64,000 nucleotides of DNA from Amoebidium appalachense (GCA_963693365.1 CAVNZM010000012.1:8870001-8934000), one strand, 5' to 3'. Shown: positions 13,208 through 27,227, counted from the stretch's first letter. The notes: generated from the sequence alone by a model not told the origin. Numbers and translations are program-made.

Positions 13208-14179
13208 TTTGCTGTAACAGCGCCGAGTGAGCGAAAGCGCTTGTGCATCGTGCGCCGGTTGTAGGTGGGTGAAAAGAGTGGGGGGAAAGTGAGCAAGCAT
13301 TTCCTAACGGTTAGGTGTGCAACTGTGTGCTAAAGCATGTATTTGCTTGTTGTCAACAGCAAAAGTCTGGGAACATAAGTGAAAAACCAAGGGAGCAAGT
13401 GGTTCCAGAGAACGTCTCACGGTGTGCAAGGGTGCTGTCACCCATTGAAAACACACTACACTGTGTGTATGTGGTGCTCCCGAAGTTAAATTCGGAAACA
13501 CCACATATACAAAGACATTCTTTCTGTTTCCCTTGTAAACAAACTGAAAACTTGATTCTCAACACACCCTACTACCACTTCAGATCTCAACACAACCATG
13601 CTACAATCTCGTTGTTCTGTGGGTTTTTCAAGGGGGATTCAGGAAGTAAGTGTGTCCTACCATCTTCTCGGTGGTACAGCCCTAGGCAGAAACGTTTATA
13701 TATCTTTATATTCTCTTGCAGACCGTTGTCAACAAATCCGATGTTCTTTTCTTCAATGAAATAACGCTTGTTTGCAAGAACCGAGTGAAAGGATGACTGG
13801 GCTTTCAGTTTCTCATGCAAGAGGCTTTTGAACGAGGTAGCACCAGGGTGCTTAATACGGTAATGAAAACTAACAATTACCGGATTTTGAAATAATCGCT
13901 TGAGGAAAGTTCCATTATGGGTTCAATGTGCTTAATACGACCTTCCCTCAAGCGCAAGCCGTTTCTGTTTTTACAGGATTTCTACTTGAAGAAAATGAAT
14001 AAAAGTTTATATGATATTTTTCAAGTTGCTTATGTGTTTGGTTTCGTGGGTATATTGTACTGTTGAGCACGTTGGGGGGTCCCGAAATGGCTACTGAAAA
14101 TTACGACAGATCATACGAAAATCATATTTTCTACCAAAAAGATGGAAGGCCACTCTAAGAAGTTAGTAAGCACGAATTG

Positions 14180-14515
14180 AGAGGCCAATCAAAATGCGGA
14201 AAAAAGCTGGACAAGAGCGAAGCAAAGATCCCCTATATCCACCTCAATAATTTTGCTGAGTCCGTGGAACCATTTTAAGGCCGTTTTCAAATGCAGTTGA
14301 CCTTGTGCAATGGTTTAAGCCAAAATATTGTCCCATATTTTTGCTGAAACACTGGAAAATCCGGTTCATTGCTGTAGAGTTCTACAAACGATCATGAAAT
14401 CTGAAAAAAAAAATATAAATAAATTGGGAAGAGCTTAGCCAATCAGAATGCCTGACGGCACAACATACTGATTGGATGTTGTCGATTATGTTACGTAATG
14501 TATGACGTCATCGTC
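14180..14515. promoter_or_regulatory. Probable bidirectional promoter between the CRAL-TRIO and transposase-like genes
   Basis: CCAAT boxes at 14185, 14439 and 14471 (reverse), bZIP-type palindromes TTACGTAA (14491) and TGACGTCA (14503), in an AT-rich repeat-free stretch between divergent genes. Confidence 0.5.
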
Positions 14516-14878
14516 TCTCCCCAATCCCCATCCCCCCCCCCCCCCCCCCCCCCGCCGCGGGGGTGCGGCATGCCAGGAGCTACTACTAGAGAGAAGGGGG
14601 GGGGTATGATTGGAGGGGGGGGTGTTCAGCTAACCTTATATGGATAAAGCAAAGTTACAAGGATTCAAGCCATTGGTTGGGCAAGACCCCTTTTGCCGAA
14701 TATGGATAACAGATCATACACTGCTGTAGGCGGCGGTCAGGAATTGGCGCGCTCTTTACTGGTCACAACCAGTCCGGGAAGGCCATGAGCAGCATTGCCG
14801 AGCACACTGAAATACGGGAATGTTTGCGGTAACGTAGTCGCACTAGGGGGGCAGGGGGCCAGGCCCCAAGTGTTTAAA

Positions 14879-16268
14879 ATGAAGCCAGGCTGCCCTAAGG
14901 GCACAACACAGCGCCCTGGGCATAAAACAGGCGGAGCTAGGGAGGGAGCTGGGCGCAAAAAAAAAGATGCTGCATTTGTTCAGCCTTTAGCGAACTTTGC
15001 AGGTTTTGGGACGGCAAACAAAGCTGTTTTGCAGGAACTAAACGTAAACGTACAACCCGAACAGCCCCCTCTATCTAAGGCCGCCGACATAAGGGCCCGT
15101 GTAGTTGAGGCAGGTAGCGTCCATTCGTTACCAAGAGAAATGGATCGGGCCCCTGCTCCACACCCACCAGACATACAGGTGCAACCCGACGAGGAACCTT
15201 TGCTAAATGCAGCAGCAGATGCGTACCGGGTAGACGAGGATGAAGGGGAGGAAGAGGGAGAAGATAATACGGACGGGGATGACGGTGGAGAGGAGTTTTC
15301 TGACGCGGCGGGCGAAACAATCAAGTCGCACCTGCACACAGTGAAAGAGAGTCTCAAAGATGAGAAGACGCCTGTGGGGTGGCATCTTCCACCTCCCATT
15401 ATAGGCTTTAATTTTGGGGGCGATCCAGCGCCTTTCTACAAACCCAGATGTTTTGCCTGGCTTCCGGAAAGGTTGTCTCCCGGTTTCATGGTGCCGTGCC
15501 CCTTCGATGATCACTACGTGGACCCCCACAACCACCCCAACCCACACCGTACTTCTCGCAATGGGTTCATGAGCAACCCCGTAGGACGGCGTGTTATCGA
15601 CTTTGACAGCTGCTACTACATTATCACGGCCCGGTACTTTTGTGACACATGCAAAAAAAACTTTGCCGGCACAAACCCCCAGACAATTAAACGCCTTCCA
15701 CTCTTCATGCGTGATCAGTTTCCGGCCTACCTTAGCCACCGCAGTGGGCTCGACCTAAAGGTGGTAACATTGTTGCGTGCACTGGCAGACAAAGGTGTGG
15801 GCCCAAACGCCTTTGCCACCCTCCTCTCGGAGCTCCACAAGCAGCGATACGACGAGCAGCGGCTCCTGTATTACTCGAGGGCGCTGCATTGGACCAAGTA
15901 TGAACTCAAAAAGCGTAACGATTTCCGCCCCCACGACCAGCGCCTGACAGAACTTCCCCCAGAGGAGCAGGCGGCTAAGTTCTCGGCGTTTGGTGACAAA
16001 AATGGTTACGCTGGACATGTGCCTTCAGGCAAGTGTGCACTGCATTTTGGGTGTGTAAATGGTCCCCATTGTTTTGTATGCACGTGCTTGGGCATTTTTT
16101 GGGTTGGCTTGGTAGGGTTTTGTTTTATTATTTTTTATTTTTTTTTTAGGGGGGGGGGGGACTTGGAAATGGGTTTTGGAAGTGTGGTCAATAAGTTTCT
16201 ATTATGGTGGTGGTGGATGTGTGGTGGTGGATGTGCGCCTGTGAGTGTGCGTGTACTTGTGGGTCCGT

Positions 16269-16315
<47 letters not shown>

Positions 16316-16578
16316 GGGGGGACATGGTGATGGATTAGGTGGTGGTGGTGGCAATCAGTCATGGTGGTGGTGGTGGTGGTGGTGGTGGTGGGGGGGGGGG
16401 GGGGGGGGGGGGGGGAGGGGGGGGGGGGGGGGCAGAGGGATCATCAGAGGGGTGAAAGCATAACGGTCCATGTACCAGTGAGTGTGCTTGGGAAATCGTG
16501 GAGAACTGTTATGCCTGAAATTAGATGGTGGGTGTGCGCATGTGTGTCTGTGTGTGTTGGGGGAAAGGAGGTGGAGAG

Positions 16579-16614
<36 letters not shown>

Positions 16615-16811
16615 GGGGGGGGGGGGGGGCACATGGTGGTAGACTGGATCTTGGTGGCGGTACTTAATGGTTATTATAGTAGTGGCAGGAGGGTGTGGGG
16701 GGAAGGGCAAACGGACGTGCAGGGGACAAACTGCAGATGGGGCACAAAGGGGAAAGAAGGTGAAAGTTGGTGCAATGACTTGGAGGGTTTGCGCGCGCCG
16801 GGAGGCGGGGG

Positions 16812-16845
<34 letters not shown>

Positions 16846-17277
16846 AACGGCCGGAGATGGGTGTGTAGCGTTTTTGAGATGGGAAAAGCCATACAGACTT
16901 ACGAAAATACAGAGAGGTGAGATGAACACGAGGGACTAGAGGGAATGGGGGGGATGGTCCTGATGGGAGGGTGGTGGAGTTCTAACAGTACTTGGGGTTC
17001 AGGCAAATACCTGAGTGCCGTGTATACTGAGTTCAGCGACCGCACGGCAAAGTACCAGAGCCTGGACACGCAGCTCAAGCCCGTAAACAACGTGCTCAAG
17101 GCCGACCACACCTTCCAAATTGGGAAGCTCACCGGCATCAATGGGGAGCCTCTGTACCGAGGCCTATGGACTTGTGTAAACGAGCTTGGCGGTGTGTGGT
17201 CCCTCCTCTTCTCCCCCCCTCCCCCCACTCTCCCCCAGGCCCCCTTCCCCCCTCCCCCCCCCCCACACACGCCCACC

Positions 17278-17308
<31 letters not shown>

Positions 17309-17542
17309 ACACGCCCCCCTCCCCCCTCCCCCCCCCCCCTCCCCCCTCTAGGGCCTTTAAATCTCTTAGGCTCCACATTTAATGAGGTGGCACACTGTGA
17401 GTAGAGGTTTGTAGTATGTGGGTTTTGGGGACAATTCTTGCCCTGTCGAGCAAAAACTAGGAAGCTCCAGATATGTGTGTATGTGTTTTTGCTGGGTAGA
17501 GATTGGGGTGGGCTGGGGTGGAGCTTTCTTTTGGCGGGGAAT

Positions 17543-17583
<41 letters not shown>

Positions 17584-19098
17584 GGGGGGGGGGGGGGGGG
17601 GGGGCAAGCTTCTGCCAAGCAGAATGGGAGTAGGGGCCAGTGATTGCAAGGGATGCAGGGGGGGGGGGGGGGGGGGGGGGAGAGACACCACCGTCGGGGT
17701 TGAAGGTAGAGAGGGCAAGAGGCCCGGGGTGGGGTGGGGGGGGGGGGGGGGGGGGGGACAGTAGGTGCCATATGGAGGGCTGTCCCATGGTTTGGGGGGA
17801 GGGGGAGTGGGGAAGGATCGTGGGCACATGGGTTTGGGGGGAAGGCAGAGAGGGGGAAAGGATTGTGATCACAAGGGTTTAGGGGGAGGAAGGGGGAAGG
17901 ATTGTAGGTACATGGGTTTAGGGGGGAGGGGGGGGGGAAGATTTTGGGGGAAAGGGAGGCCTGGGGAAAGTATGTGGGCACATGGGTTTGGGGGGAAGGA
18001 GGGGGAAGGGTTTTGGGGGAGAGGGAGGGGAAAGTATGTGGGCACATGGGTTTGGGGGGAGGGAGGGGGAAAGGATTGTGTGGGCACTGAAGTCTCGTGA
18101 AGGGCCATGTGGTAAGGGAAGCTAGAACATGCATGGCCGCTCGGAGATGCCCTCTCACACAGTGCGGCACCCCAGAGATCCGGGCGCAGGTATTTACACG
18201 GGACTGCAGCCACCAGGAGATTGAGCCCGTGATCCAGCGCATCTCTGCCACCACGGCGGCGCTCAACAGCAAGGGCCCGGCCTTCTTCTACACAGATCGG
18301 TGCTGCCAAGACCGGGCGTTTGTTGAGCGCATGTTTCCAACCCTAGCCCGGCCAAAATGCCCCGTCCGTCTGAACGAGGCTGCGCTGGTAAGCGTGACGG
18401 ACGGTCTGCCTGGGCTGGAGCTGCCGGCCAACTACCCTAAGCCGGTGTACACCGACTGCCAGGGGGCGGTGGTGGCTACAGCGGCCATTCGTGCCGACCT
18501 GGAGGGGCAGCAGCACCGCGTGGTGGGGCTGGACTGCGAGTGGGTCTATCGGGTGGGCCAGGCGCGGTCCAAGGTTTGCACGCTGCAGATTGCCACCGCA
18601 CGGGCCGTGTACATCTTCCACTTGGCACGCATGGGCCCCAACCACAGCCCGCCCGCGCGGCTGGTGGACGAGCTGATTGCGCTGCTTAGGGACCCCAGCA
18701 TCATCAAGGTGGGCAAGCAGATCGGCACGGACTCGGCCCACCTCAACAAGGACTACGGCACCCCTGTGGCCAGCTATCTGGAGCTGGGCCGGTTCTGCTA
18801 TGCCCGTGCAGCTATCACCTCTGCGGCCCGGGGCTTGGCCGACATCACTGCCCAGGTCATAGGCAAGAAGCTGCCCAAGCCGGCACTTGTTCGATGCTCC
18901 AACTGGCACGAGCCGCTATCAGAGGTGCAGGCCACCTACGCTGCCCTTGATGCATATGCGTCCCTGCAGGTCTACTCGGCCGTGGTCGATAGGCCAAACC
19001 TGTCAGGTGTGTATCCCACCTGCTTTTTGCCCCAGTGCTTATGTGCTTATGCCAGATATAGAAAGATTGTGGGCCCCCCAGAGGAGAGGGGAGGGGGA

Positions 19099-19139
<41 letters not shown>

Positions 19140-19231
19140 GGCTGACCACATGGGCCAGTGTTCCAGTTGTGTTATGCTGGGTGTCGGGTGGCTATCAAAG
19201 GAGGGGGGTGATTGGTGGTGGTGGTGGTGGT

Positions 19232-19263
<32 letters not shown>

Positions 19264-20304
19264 CTATAGCACTGTTAACACGTGCAAGTGCCACACAAGC
19301 TGGGCACTGGGAGAGGGGGGGGGGGGGAGGGAGAAGGGGGGGGGGGGGGGGGGGGGAAGGGGGTTGCTAAGGAATATGCATTTGATTTTTGTGGAGCGAA
19401 GAGAAAAACGTTGGTGCTGTGGCTTTTTGGCTGAGTTTTTTGCTTCCCTCTATGACATGCAGCGCGGCTTCATGCAAAGGCACTCGGTGAAGGGGTTGAG
19501 ATTGTGCCCCGGCGGGGCCCACATGCTGCAGCAGCCACCGGGGTGGTGCTGGCTGTGCAGCCGGAGCGCTGGGGGGGCATGAAGGTGGGCAAGAAGCATG
19601 CAGTGGTGCGGGTGGATCAGGTGCTGTCGCCGGCCATGCAGGTGCCCTTTGGCCCCGACAAGGGCAAGACCCTGGGAGAGCTGGGCCCGCCGCCCTTTGA
19701 GCTGATGGTGCACCTGCAGTGGCTACGGCCCATTCAGCCCCCACCGGACCCAGGTGCCGAGGTGCCGGTGGTCCCTGACCCAGCCCCTCCCCCTGCCAGT
19801 CCTCCCCCTGCCGAGCAGCAGCAACCCCTTGCCGGCCCACAGGCACCCCCCCAGGACCCCCAGGCAGCCCCGGGGGGCCTTGAGGCAGCCCCAGGGGGAC
19901 CCGAGGCAGCTCCCAGAGAGGGCATGTTGGGCCAGGCACCGCCTGGGGAGGTGGTGTGGCAGACTGTGCTGAATGACGCCTTCCACTCCATTGCAAACAC
20001 GGCGGACGGCACGTACAAGTCACACCCCCGCAGGGCTGAGTACGCACGCGCACTCAGCGAGGCAATATTTGTGTGGAATGAAGAGGATTACGGACATGTG
20101 AAGGTGCCCCCCCCCCCCCCCCCCCCCAAAATAAAAAATAAAAAATAAAAATAAAAAAACGGCAACAACAACATGCGTGACTGACGCGCACACACACATA
20201 CACTCGTTAGCACACACTCACCATTCCACCCACAACCATGCACACCTTCGACAAAACTTCTGAGGGAAGAGAGAGAGCCTGAGCCTCAGAGAGAGGGGGG
20301 GGAA

Positions 20305-20338
<34 letters not shown>

Positions 20339-20925
20339 GGGGGGGGGGGGGAGGGGGGAGGAGAGTGGGGGTTATTCATATGCCTAGAGAGAAATAATGT
20401 AGGGTTGTGGGGGGAAATAGCCACATGCATTTTTTACTTGTGTTGGGGGAGAAGATGGGGGGGGTGGAGGGGAGGGGTCCTACAATAACGGCAGGTATCA
20501 AAGTCTACCAAACCCAAATTGCAGTGTGCGTAGTAAATTAATATTGGCATCCTGCCTCACAGGGGGTGCTGGAGCAGAAGGGCATCGACATTGAAACCGA
20601 GCTCAAGGGCGGCGACCTGAGCTACTTCATGGAGCGCATCCGGCGGGTTATTCCCGACCCATACACGCTGGTCTCGCGGCTGGTGGAGTTCAAAAACACC
20701 TACAAGGATGTGCCGCCCGGACCGGATGGCAAGCCTCTGTTCAAGAAGGATGGCTTTGAAAGACTCGAGGCAACATCCCCCCCCCCCCCTCCCCCTGCAG
20801 GCGCCCAACAACTCCACCACCACAGAAAAGATTCTTCGCTTATTTGTCATCCTTGGTTCATCTGCACACACACGCACACCCTAGCCTCCCCCCCCCCCCC
20901 CCCCCCCCCTCCCCCCCCCAAACAT

Positions 20926-20997
<72 letters not shown>

Positions 20998-21082
20998 CCC
21001 GCACGGCCCTTGCTGCCTAGCCAGTTGTTTTTTGCCTTTCCCTGCTCGTTTTTTTCCTTAGCAACCCCATCCCCCCCCCCCC

Positions 21083-21113
<31 letters not shown>

Positions 21114-22782
21114 ACACACATACACACACACTACCACCACCACCACCCACCCATCTCTCTGATGTTTGCTTGTGCCCCCACAGTCGCTGCTCGAACACGC
21201 CCAAAATGGCTGTCTGTCGGACCCCCCCGGCCTGCCCCTCTACTACGAGACCACTGCCGACGCAGATGGGCTCATGCGCTACCGCTGCATCCGGGGCACC
21301 AACGAGGTGGAGGGGGCAGTGCACAACCCCCTGGCCACCCACTTTGGGGCCACACGCATGTCGCTGCGCCTGCTGGACGCCACCATGTCCAATAGGCGCC
21401 ACCGCCACAACCTGCGTGCACACTACCGCAACCGCCTGGGCCAGGCATCGGGGCCCCCCCACTACAGCCCCTGGATTGTTGACGACATGGAGGCACTGGC
21501 GCTGATGCTGTACGGCCATCACCTCGACCCCCAGTGGGTACCCGTAGGCTGCTACAAGCTACCGGAGGAGTACTTCAACTTTGCCCCGCTCTCCTGTGTG
21601 GCCAATGCCCCGGCGCAGGAGCCAGTTGCGGTGCCCGCACCCCCACCTCCGTCTGATAACATCGAGCCTGCAGCCAATGGCGTGATGGGCGGGCCAGAGG
21701 ACTGTGAGGTCGAGGAGGGTGACGGTGCTGCCATGGGGGGGGGCAACCAGGTGGCGCGTGGTGCACCACAGCCGGACCCTGCACTGAGGGGCGACTACAA
21801 GTTCCTGGCGCAGAAGCAACATGTGGCCATCCCCTTCCTTCCGGTGCTTACCCCTCAGGAGCGCAAGCTATTCAGCACGCTGCTCCTGGGCACCTACAAG
21901 GCACATGCAAAGCCCAACGGCCAGCTGTTCGAGGCTTTGGCCCAAGACTTCAACAAGGCTGCCTCTGTGGCTGGGGGAATCTACATGAAGGATGCGGCCT
22001 ACATCAAGAAGCATTTCGACAAGTGGAAGACCTGGCAGACGGCACATGCACAGCGCTCCACACACGAGGGCCTGGCAGATCACCGCAAGCGTATGCGCGA
22101 GGAGAGGGCAGACGCTGTGCCAGCAACCATACGGCCTGCCCCCTTGCCACCCCTCCCTGTTCCAGACGGTGTCGATGCAGGGGCGCAGCGTGAGCGGCCC
22201 TTGCCCATGCTAGTGGGCAAAAAGCATCGCAACATTGGCCCTGAGGGGCCCCTGCAGATGGATTTGCCGGTGCCCCCTCCTATGCAGCCACCCCAGAGAG
22301 CCCCCAAGACCTGCAAGACGTGTGGCCGCCAGGGCAAGGGCTGCCCCGGCTCCAATCGGGCCAAGAGCTGCCCACGTTGGGTTGCAGCCAATCAGGATGC
22401 CATGCCACCAGCACCCGCGCTTGACATGCAGCAGGGCCATGTGCCGCACATGCCCCCTGCACCCCATCCAGGCCCGCACCACCCACATGGCTGGCCCCCA
22501 CCGTGGGGCATCATGCCGCCTCAGCCCGGCCCTGCCTTCCCCATGCCTGGGCTACTGCCGCAGCACGGTCCCCATCCTTACTTGGGCCATGTGGGCCAGC
22601 CCTCGGCTGGTGGGCAGTTCCCACCCCCTTCTCGTGCATCTGCTGTGCTGGGCCTGGCGTTGCCACCTGCTGGAGAGACGCAGCTGCAATGGCACGATCG
22701 AAAGCAAAGTAATCGTGGCCGCAAGTCTGCAGGCAGCCAATCAGGATCTCAGAGTAGTCAGAGTAGCCAAACTAGTGTCTAA
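14879..22782 (+). CDS. ~1538-aa DDE transposase-like protein (DUF6729-type N-terminus) with inserted DEDDy/WRN-like 3'-5' exonuclease; exons 14879-16028, 17003-17191, 18176-19006, 19463-20103, 20563-20769, 21184-22782
   Basis: Phase-compatible splicing gives one open frame of 4617 nt. Motifs: GGAREGAGRK; NPVGRRVIDFDSCYYIITARYFC..C and FPAYLSHRSGLD; LKADHTF; FYTDRCC; exonuclease VVGLDCEW / IGTDSAHL / YAALDA; NDAFH; GCLSDP; YRCIRGTNEVEG; C-terminal CKTC..CPG..C. Family name recalled, not searched. Confidence 0.82.
17800..18090. repeat. Intronic G-rich minisatellite (~40-50 bp, GTGGGCACATGGGTTTGGGGG core, ~6 copies)
   Basis: Core recurs near 17820, 17905, 17975, 18038 and in degenerate form nearby, inside intron 2 of the transposase-like gene. 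Confidence 0.7.
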
Positions 22783-22868
22783 TATTGGAATGTACACCAA
22801 TGTAACGGATCTCATATGTGTTGTAGTGCTTCAAGTTATACCTGTTCTTCGTACAGTCATGTTAGGGG

Positions 22869-22902
<34 letters not shown>

Positions 22903-23228
22903 CTAGCTTTCATTCCGAAGTTTACTGTAAAGAATTAAAATTTAGAATCTGAGTAATAGTACAGAGCCTTTGCACTTTTCTCTGTTTGTTAGGAATTCTT
23001 TGTGATCGAGAGTATGGTGTGTTAGACTATTGGTGTTAATGTGTCCTGGAAGGTGTATAATGTCTGCTGGCCGTAGTCAGTATCTATTTTTAGGTATATA
23101 GTATATTTTTAAATGTTGGCCGCTGGCCAATAAATAGCAAATAATAAACACACGATAAAGTCAACAGCGTGCCAAAAAACTAATCCCCAGCGAGCGCACC
23201 CAGTGATGTGTGTGTGTGTGTGTGTGTC

Positions 23229-23291
<63 letters not shown>

Positions 23292-24630
23292 CGCGCGCGT
23301 GCGTGCGTGTGTGTGTGTGTGTGTGTGCGTGCGTGCGTGCGTGTGTGCGTGTGTGCGTGTGTGCGTGTGTGCGTGTGTGTGTGTGAGTGTGTGTGTGTGT
23401 GTGTGTATGTGTGGTGTGGTGTGTGCGCGGCTTGTACATATGTACGTGTTCATGTGCACCTGTGTCGGACCTACGAAGTACATGAAAGTAAATTTTGACA
23501 GCATCGATCTGCCGGTGTGTATGTGTATGTGTGCCAGTGCAGCAGGTGTGCCTTGTAACTGATAGCTTCGCATTTTACGTGTGTGTATATATAGTAGTAC
23601 GCATAGACACTTGCTGATCATTCGGATCGACATTAATATTTAATCTGTCGGTCCTCGGTTTTTTGAGTGAATGATGATCAAGTGTAAGAGCATTCACTTG
23701 GCAAGTATTAATGTTGCAGAGGCTAGCTGCAGCTGCAAGCGTCGGATGCACACTGACAATTGTCTTTTCAGCGAGTCTAACCTGCAGGCAGCAGCTGCAC
23801 ACATATAGGGTTGTTATCTTGCGGCACATGCACGGTGATCATTTCAGAGTAATAGAGTTCAGAGCAATGAAAATAATGAAAATAACTAAACTTTGTGACT
23901 ACTTTAAAGTTGCTGAGATCATACGTGGTGCAAGCTGCACTATGAACACATGTATAGTGCTAGTAATTAATACATTTTTGTTGCCTTCTGCAGGGTTATC
24001 GTAGCTACGTCACGGCCTGCACTCAGGGGGGGAGGGGGGGGGGAGAGGGGGGATGATTCGAAGGGGGTATAAATAAGAACATGCACCTAAAGGTCTTTCC
24101 CGTGGATCCTCCCCCCTCCCCCCCCCCCACCTCTCCCCTCCCCCGGGGCCCCATACTATGATATCTAGGCCCAATATTATATGCCCCTTCCCCCCCCCCC
24201 CCCCCCCCCTCCCCTCTCCGGATCCCCGGACCCCACTTCCCTACCCGGAGGCTCAAGAGCTCCCCCCCCCCTCCCCCCTCCCCCCCTCCCCCCCCCCCCC
24301 CCCCCAAGGCTTACGGGGGCCCTTCTTCATCGAGGGGGAGGGGGTGGGGGTGGGGGGGGGGGGGGGGGAGGGGGTGGGGGGGAGGGAAGTGGAAGGCGGG
24401 GGTGGATGCATGTCAGCCTAGGTGAATTCAATTGTTTAACTCCAGTGTGCAGGACTGGTCTGAAGGCTTAAGAAAACAACGAGGAAATGGGGTCCAGTGG
24501 AGGTGGTGGTGGTGTTCTGTGTGTGTGTGTACACGTGCACGTATGTGTGTGGTTTTTTTAAGGGGTGAGTGGTGGTGGTGGTGGTGGTGGTGGTCACCGT
24601 GGTGGTGGTGTGTGTGTCTGGTGTGTGTGT

Positions 24631-24676
<46 letters not shown>

Positions 24677-26037
24677 TAGAAAGAAAAACTGCTCGTGGGT
24701 CACTGTTTTTCGTCACTGTATTTGTAACGGGCCGCTCATATTTATATAACTACTTTAATTTAAGTACACGTGTTCATTATCATATACGATGGCCAAATAT
24801 AGAAATTTTGGCGTCGAAGTTCTTGGAGCTAAAAAAACGTTTAAAAGGGGGAAATAATAGCTTGGCCCCAAATTTACCTTGCCGTTTTTAGCGAATGTAT
24901 TTTTTATTCATGAGTTCTAGTGATTCAGTGAGTGCACGTGCCTGCCTCAGGCTGATCATGACAACTGCAACACACCATTCCTACATGGATATCAACCAAA
25001 AGAAAATAGTATATACTGTGGTGGTCTCCTAAACCTTGTGCGGCATGCGCATACATGATATTACAGTGACGCATGTGCATATTATTGTTCTGTACACCGG
25101 AGTGTGCCGGTGCACGTGGCTGTTTTGTGCACATGTTACAATAGCAGCACGATCTCCCTAAACTCCATGTTTACACATCCCTCACCCTGGCTCTGCCTTG
25201 TCGGTGCTCCAAAACACACATACAAATCCCCCTAGACTCAGTGCCTGCACATGGTCGCATTCACGTGCAGGTCACGTGACACATGCGATGCCATACTGCC
25301 GTCTACAGCAACAACCACGGCAGCATGTATACCGGCCCAGCACGAAATATACTTATCGGCAGCCCACTGAACTCGCCCATTTTCTCTTTTTCATGTATGT
25401 CCCTCCTTTTTTGTAAAATCACCCTTTTTGGCCTCCCGGTAGTGGATTTTGCAGGATTTGACTTCTTTGAGGTCCAAAAACCTCAAATTTTCCCCGGCGG
25501 GGCCGGGGAGGGAGAATTCAAAAATTGCCCGCTCCTGATATGGTACCCGGGCCCCCCCGCCCCTCCAAAAAAAAATAGGCCTCCGCCCCGGACCGGCCGG
25601 CCTTCGAGTGTACATGTAGGTTTTTATAATATTCGAACGATGCAGATGGCCCCTGCGCAAGGATGATACGGTGTACGCAAAGACGTGAATTCTCCCCCTC
25701 CTCCTGACTCTGGGCCCCCAGCCCCCCCGCCCCCAACCTTTCAAACCCTTCCGCCAGCAAAAGTCAAACAAACACGCTGAGTCCCACTCCCCCACGAACA
25801 TCGCTGCTCCACTTCTTACATCCTCGCTCTTTTCAGGCCTTTTTTTCGGATCCCGTCCCCTTGTCCCCCGGGGGCCCCACAGTGCTGATCACTCTCCCCG
25901 GGCTCGAGGGTCGGTTTTGGCGAGTTACCTAATAAACCGTTGAGGGAGCCCTTGACTGTGTAGACTTATGCTGTGCGTGTGTTGTAAAATAGCAGCTTTG
26001 TCCCTAACATATAAGATGTGGGTTTACGCTGTTTACT

Positions 26038-26350
26038 CGAGGCAAAGAGAGACCAGTCTCAGGTATATATAAGATTGGTAAAGCGAACCTTTATTTCATC
26101 ACCAGACACCAGAAGCGGCGACGTCTTGGACAAAAATTGATGGAAGCACTGCAGCTGGGGAAATACAGCTTACCAATAGTTCGTATGGTTTCGCGAAGAC
26201 GTCTATGACTCTGTGCCTTCTATGAAGCTGTGCCATGGCTATAGTTGTCACAACATATGGAAGAACTTGAAAGCATGCGAAGGATCTCTTGCGGGTGTGA
26301 GAGCTATACGGTCGCAAACTACTTGCCAGCGCATATGTTTTTCAAAGCTA
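26038..26350 (+). pseudogene. Possible decayed GNAT acetyltransferase fragment
   Basis: One frame reads ANLYFITRHQKRRRLGQKLMEAL...MVSRRRL*LCAFYEAVPWL*, resembling GNAT motif A and the FYE motif B with two in-frame stops. Pattern recognition only. Confidence 0.3.
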
Positions 26351-27183
26351 GCGTGCATGTGTGTACAGATGTGTTACTGCCTTAATGACATGTACGTTTT
26401 GCTGGTGGTGTCTTTGCATACATACTCCCCCCCCCCCCCCCCCCCCCCCCCCCCTCTCGCACTCGTCTCTAGTCGCCGGCCCTCACCGCGCGCACATACA
26501 CAGCACACACTTCCACATAATTCACACGTAATTGCACACGCATGTACCACCCATACACAGACAGTCACGAGGTGCACAAACTTTGACCAGTGATGAGCAC
26601 CCAACATGAACATGGAGATACACTCACCAACACCACACACACATGCATGCATTCCCCGCCACACAGATGCGCTCACGAACACTGCATGGTTACTGTAGCA
26701 CGATAACTTTGCCCCCAATACTAACTTAGAAATAGTCAACCGTTGCATGTGTGTGTGTGTGTGTGTGTGCATGTGTGCGTGGTGTGTGGGTGTTGTGGGT
26801 GTACTGTGCATGCGTGCGTATGTGCATTTACTTGTGCAAACGAGCAGGGTGAGGGAGAGGGGGGAGGGGGGGGAGGGAGGGTGAGTGACGCAGGAGGGGC
26901 GGGGGGGGGGGGGGGGGAGGGGGAGGAGAGGGGGGGAGAGGGGGGGGGGGGGGGGGGGGGGGGAGGGGGAGGGTCGTTTACTCGGAAAATGTCATGGAGC
27001 ATATAGTACACATTTGCTGCGGAAAACACAAAGCAGACCTTGCAAACTTTCACACAGAGTATGCATCCGGCAGAAGAAAAGCACCAGCACTAAGGGATGG
27101 GAAATGTGTGCGTGTGCATGTGTGATTGTGTGTGTGTGTGGGTAGGTGGGTAGGTGGGTGGGTGTGGGTGTAGTGTGTGTGTG

Positions 27184-27227
<44 letters not shown>

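Noticed and set aside
13300-13870. Candidate first exons of the CRAL-TRIO gene (ORFs 13353-13565, 13587-13820, MHKRFRSLG at ~13247)
   Set aside because: No convincing phase-0 donor linking to exon 12872-12990 could be chosen.
22900-25950. Search for a right-hand terminal inverted repeat of the transposase element
   Set aside because: No inverted match to 13.0-14.8 kb was visible by eye, so no mobile-element boundaries are called.
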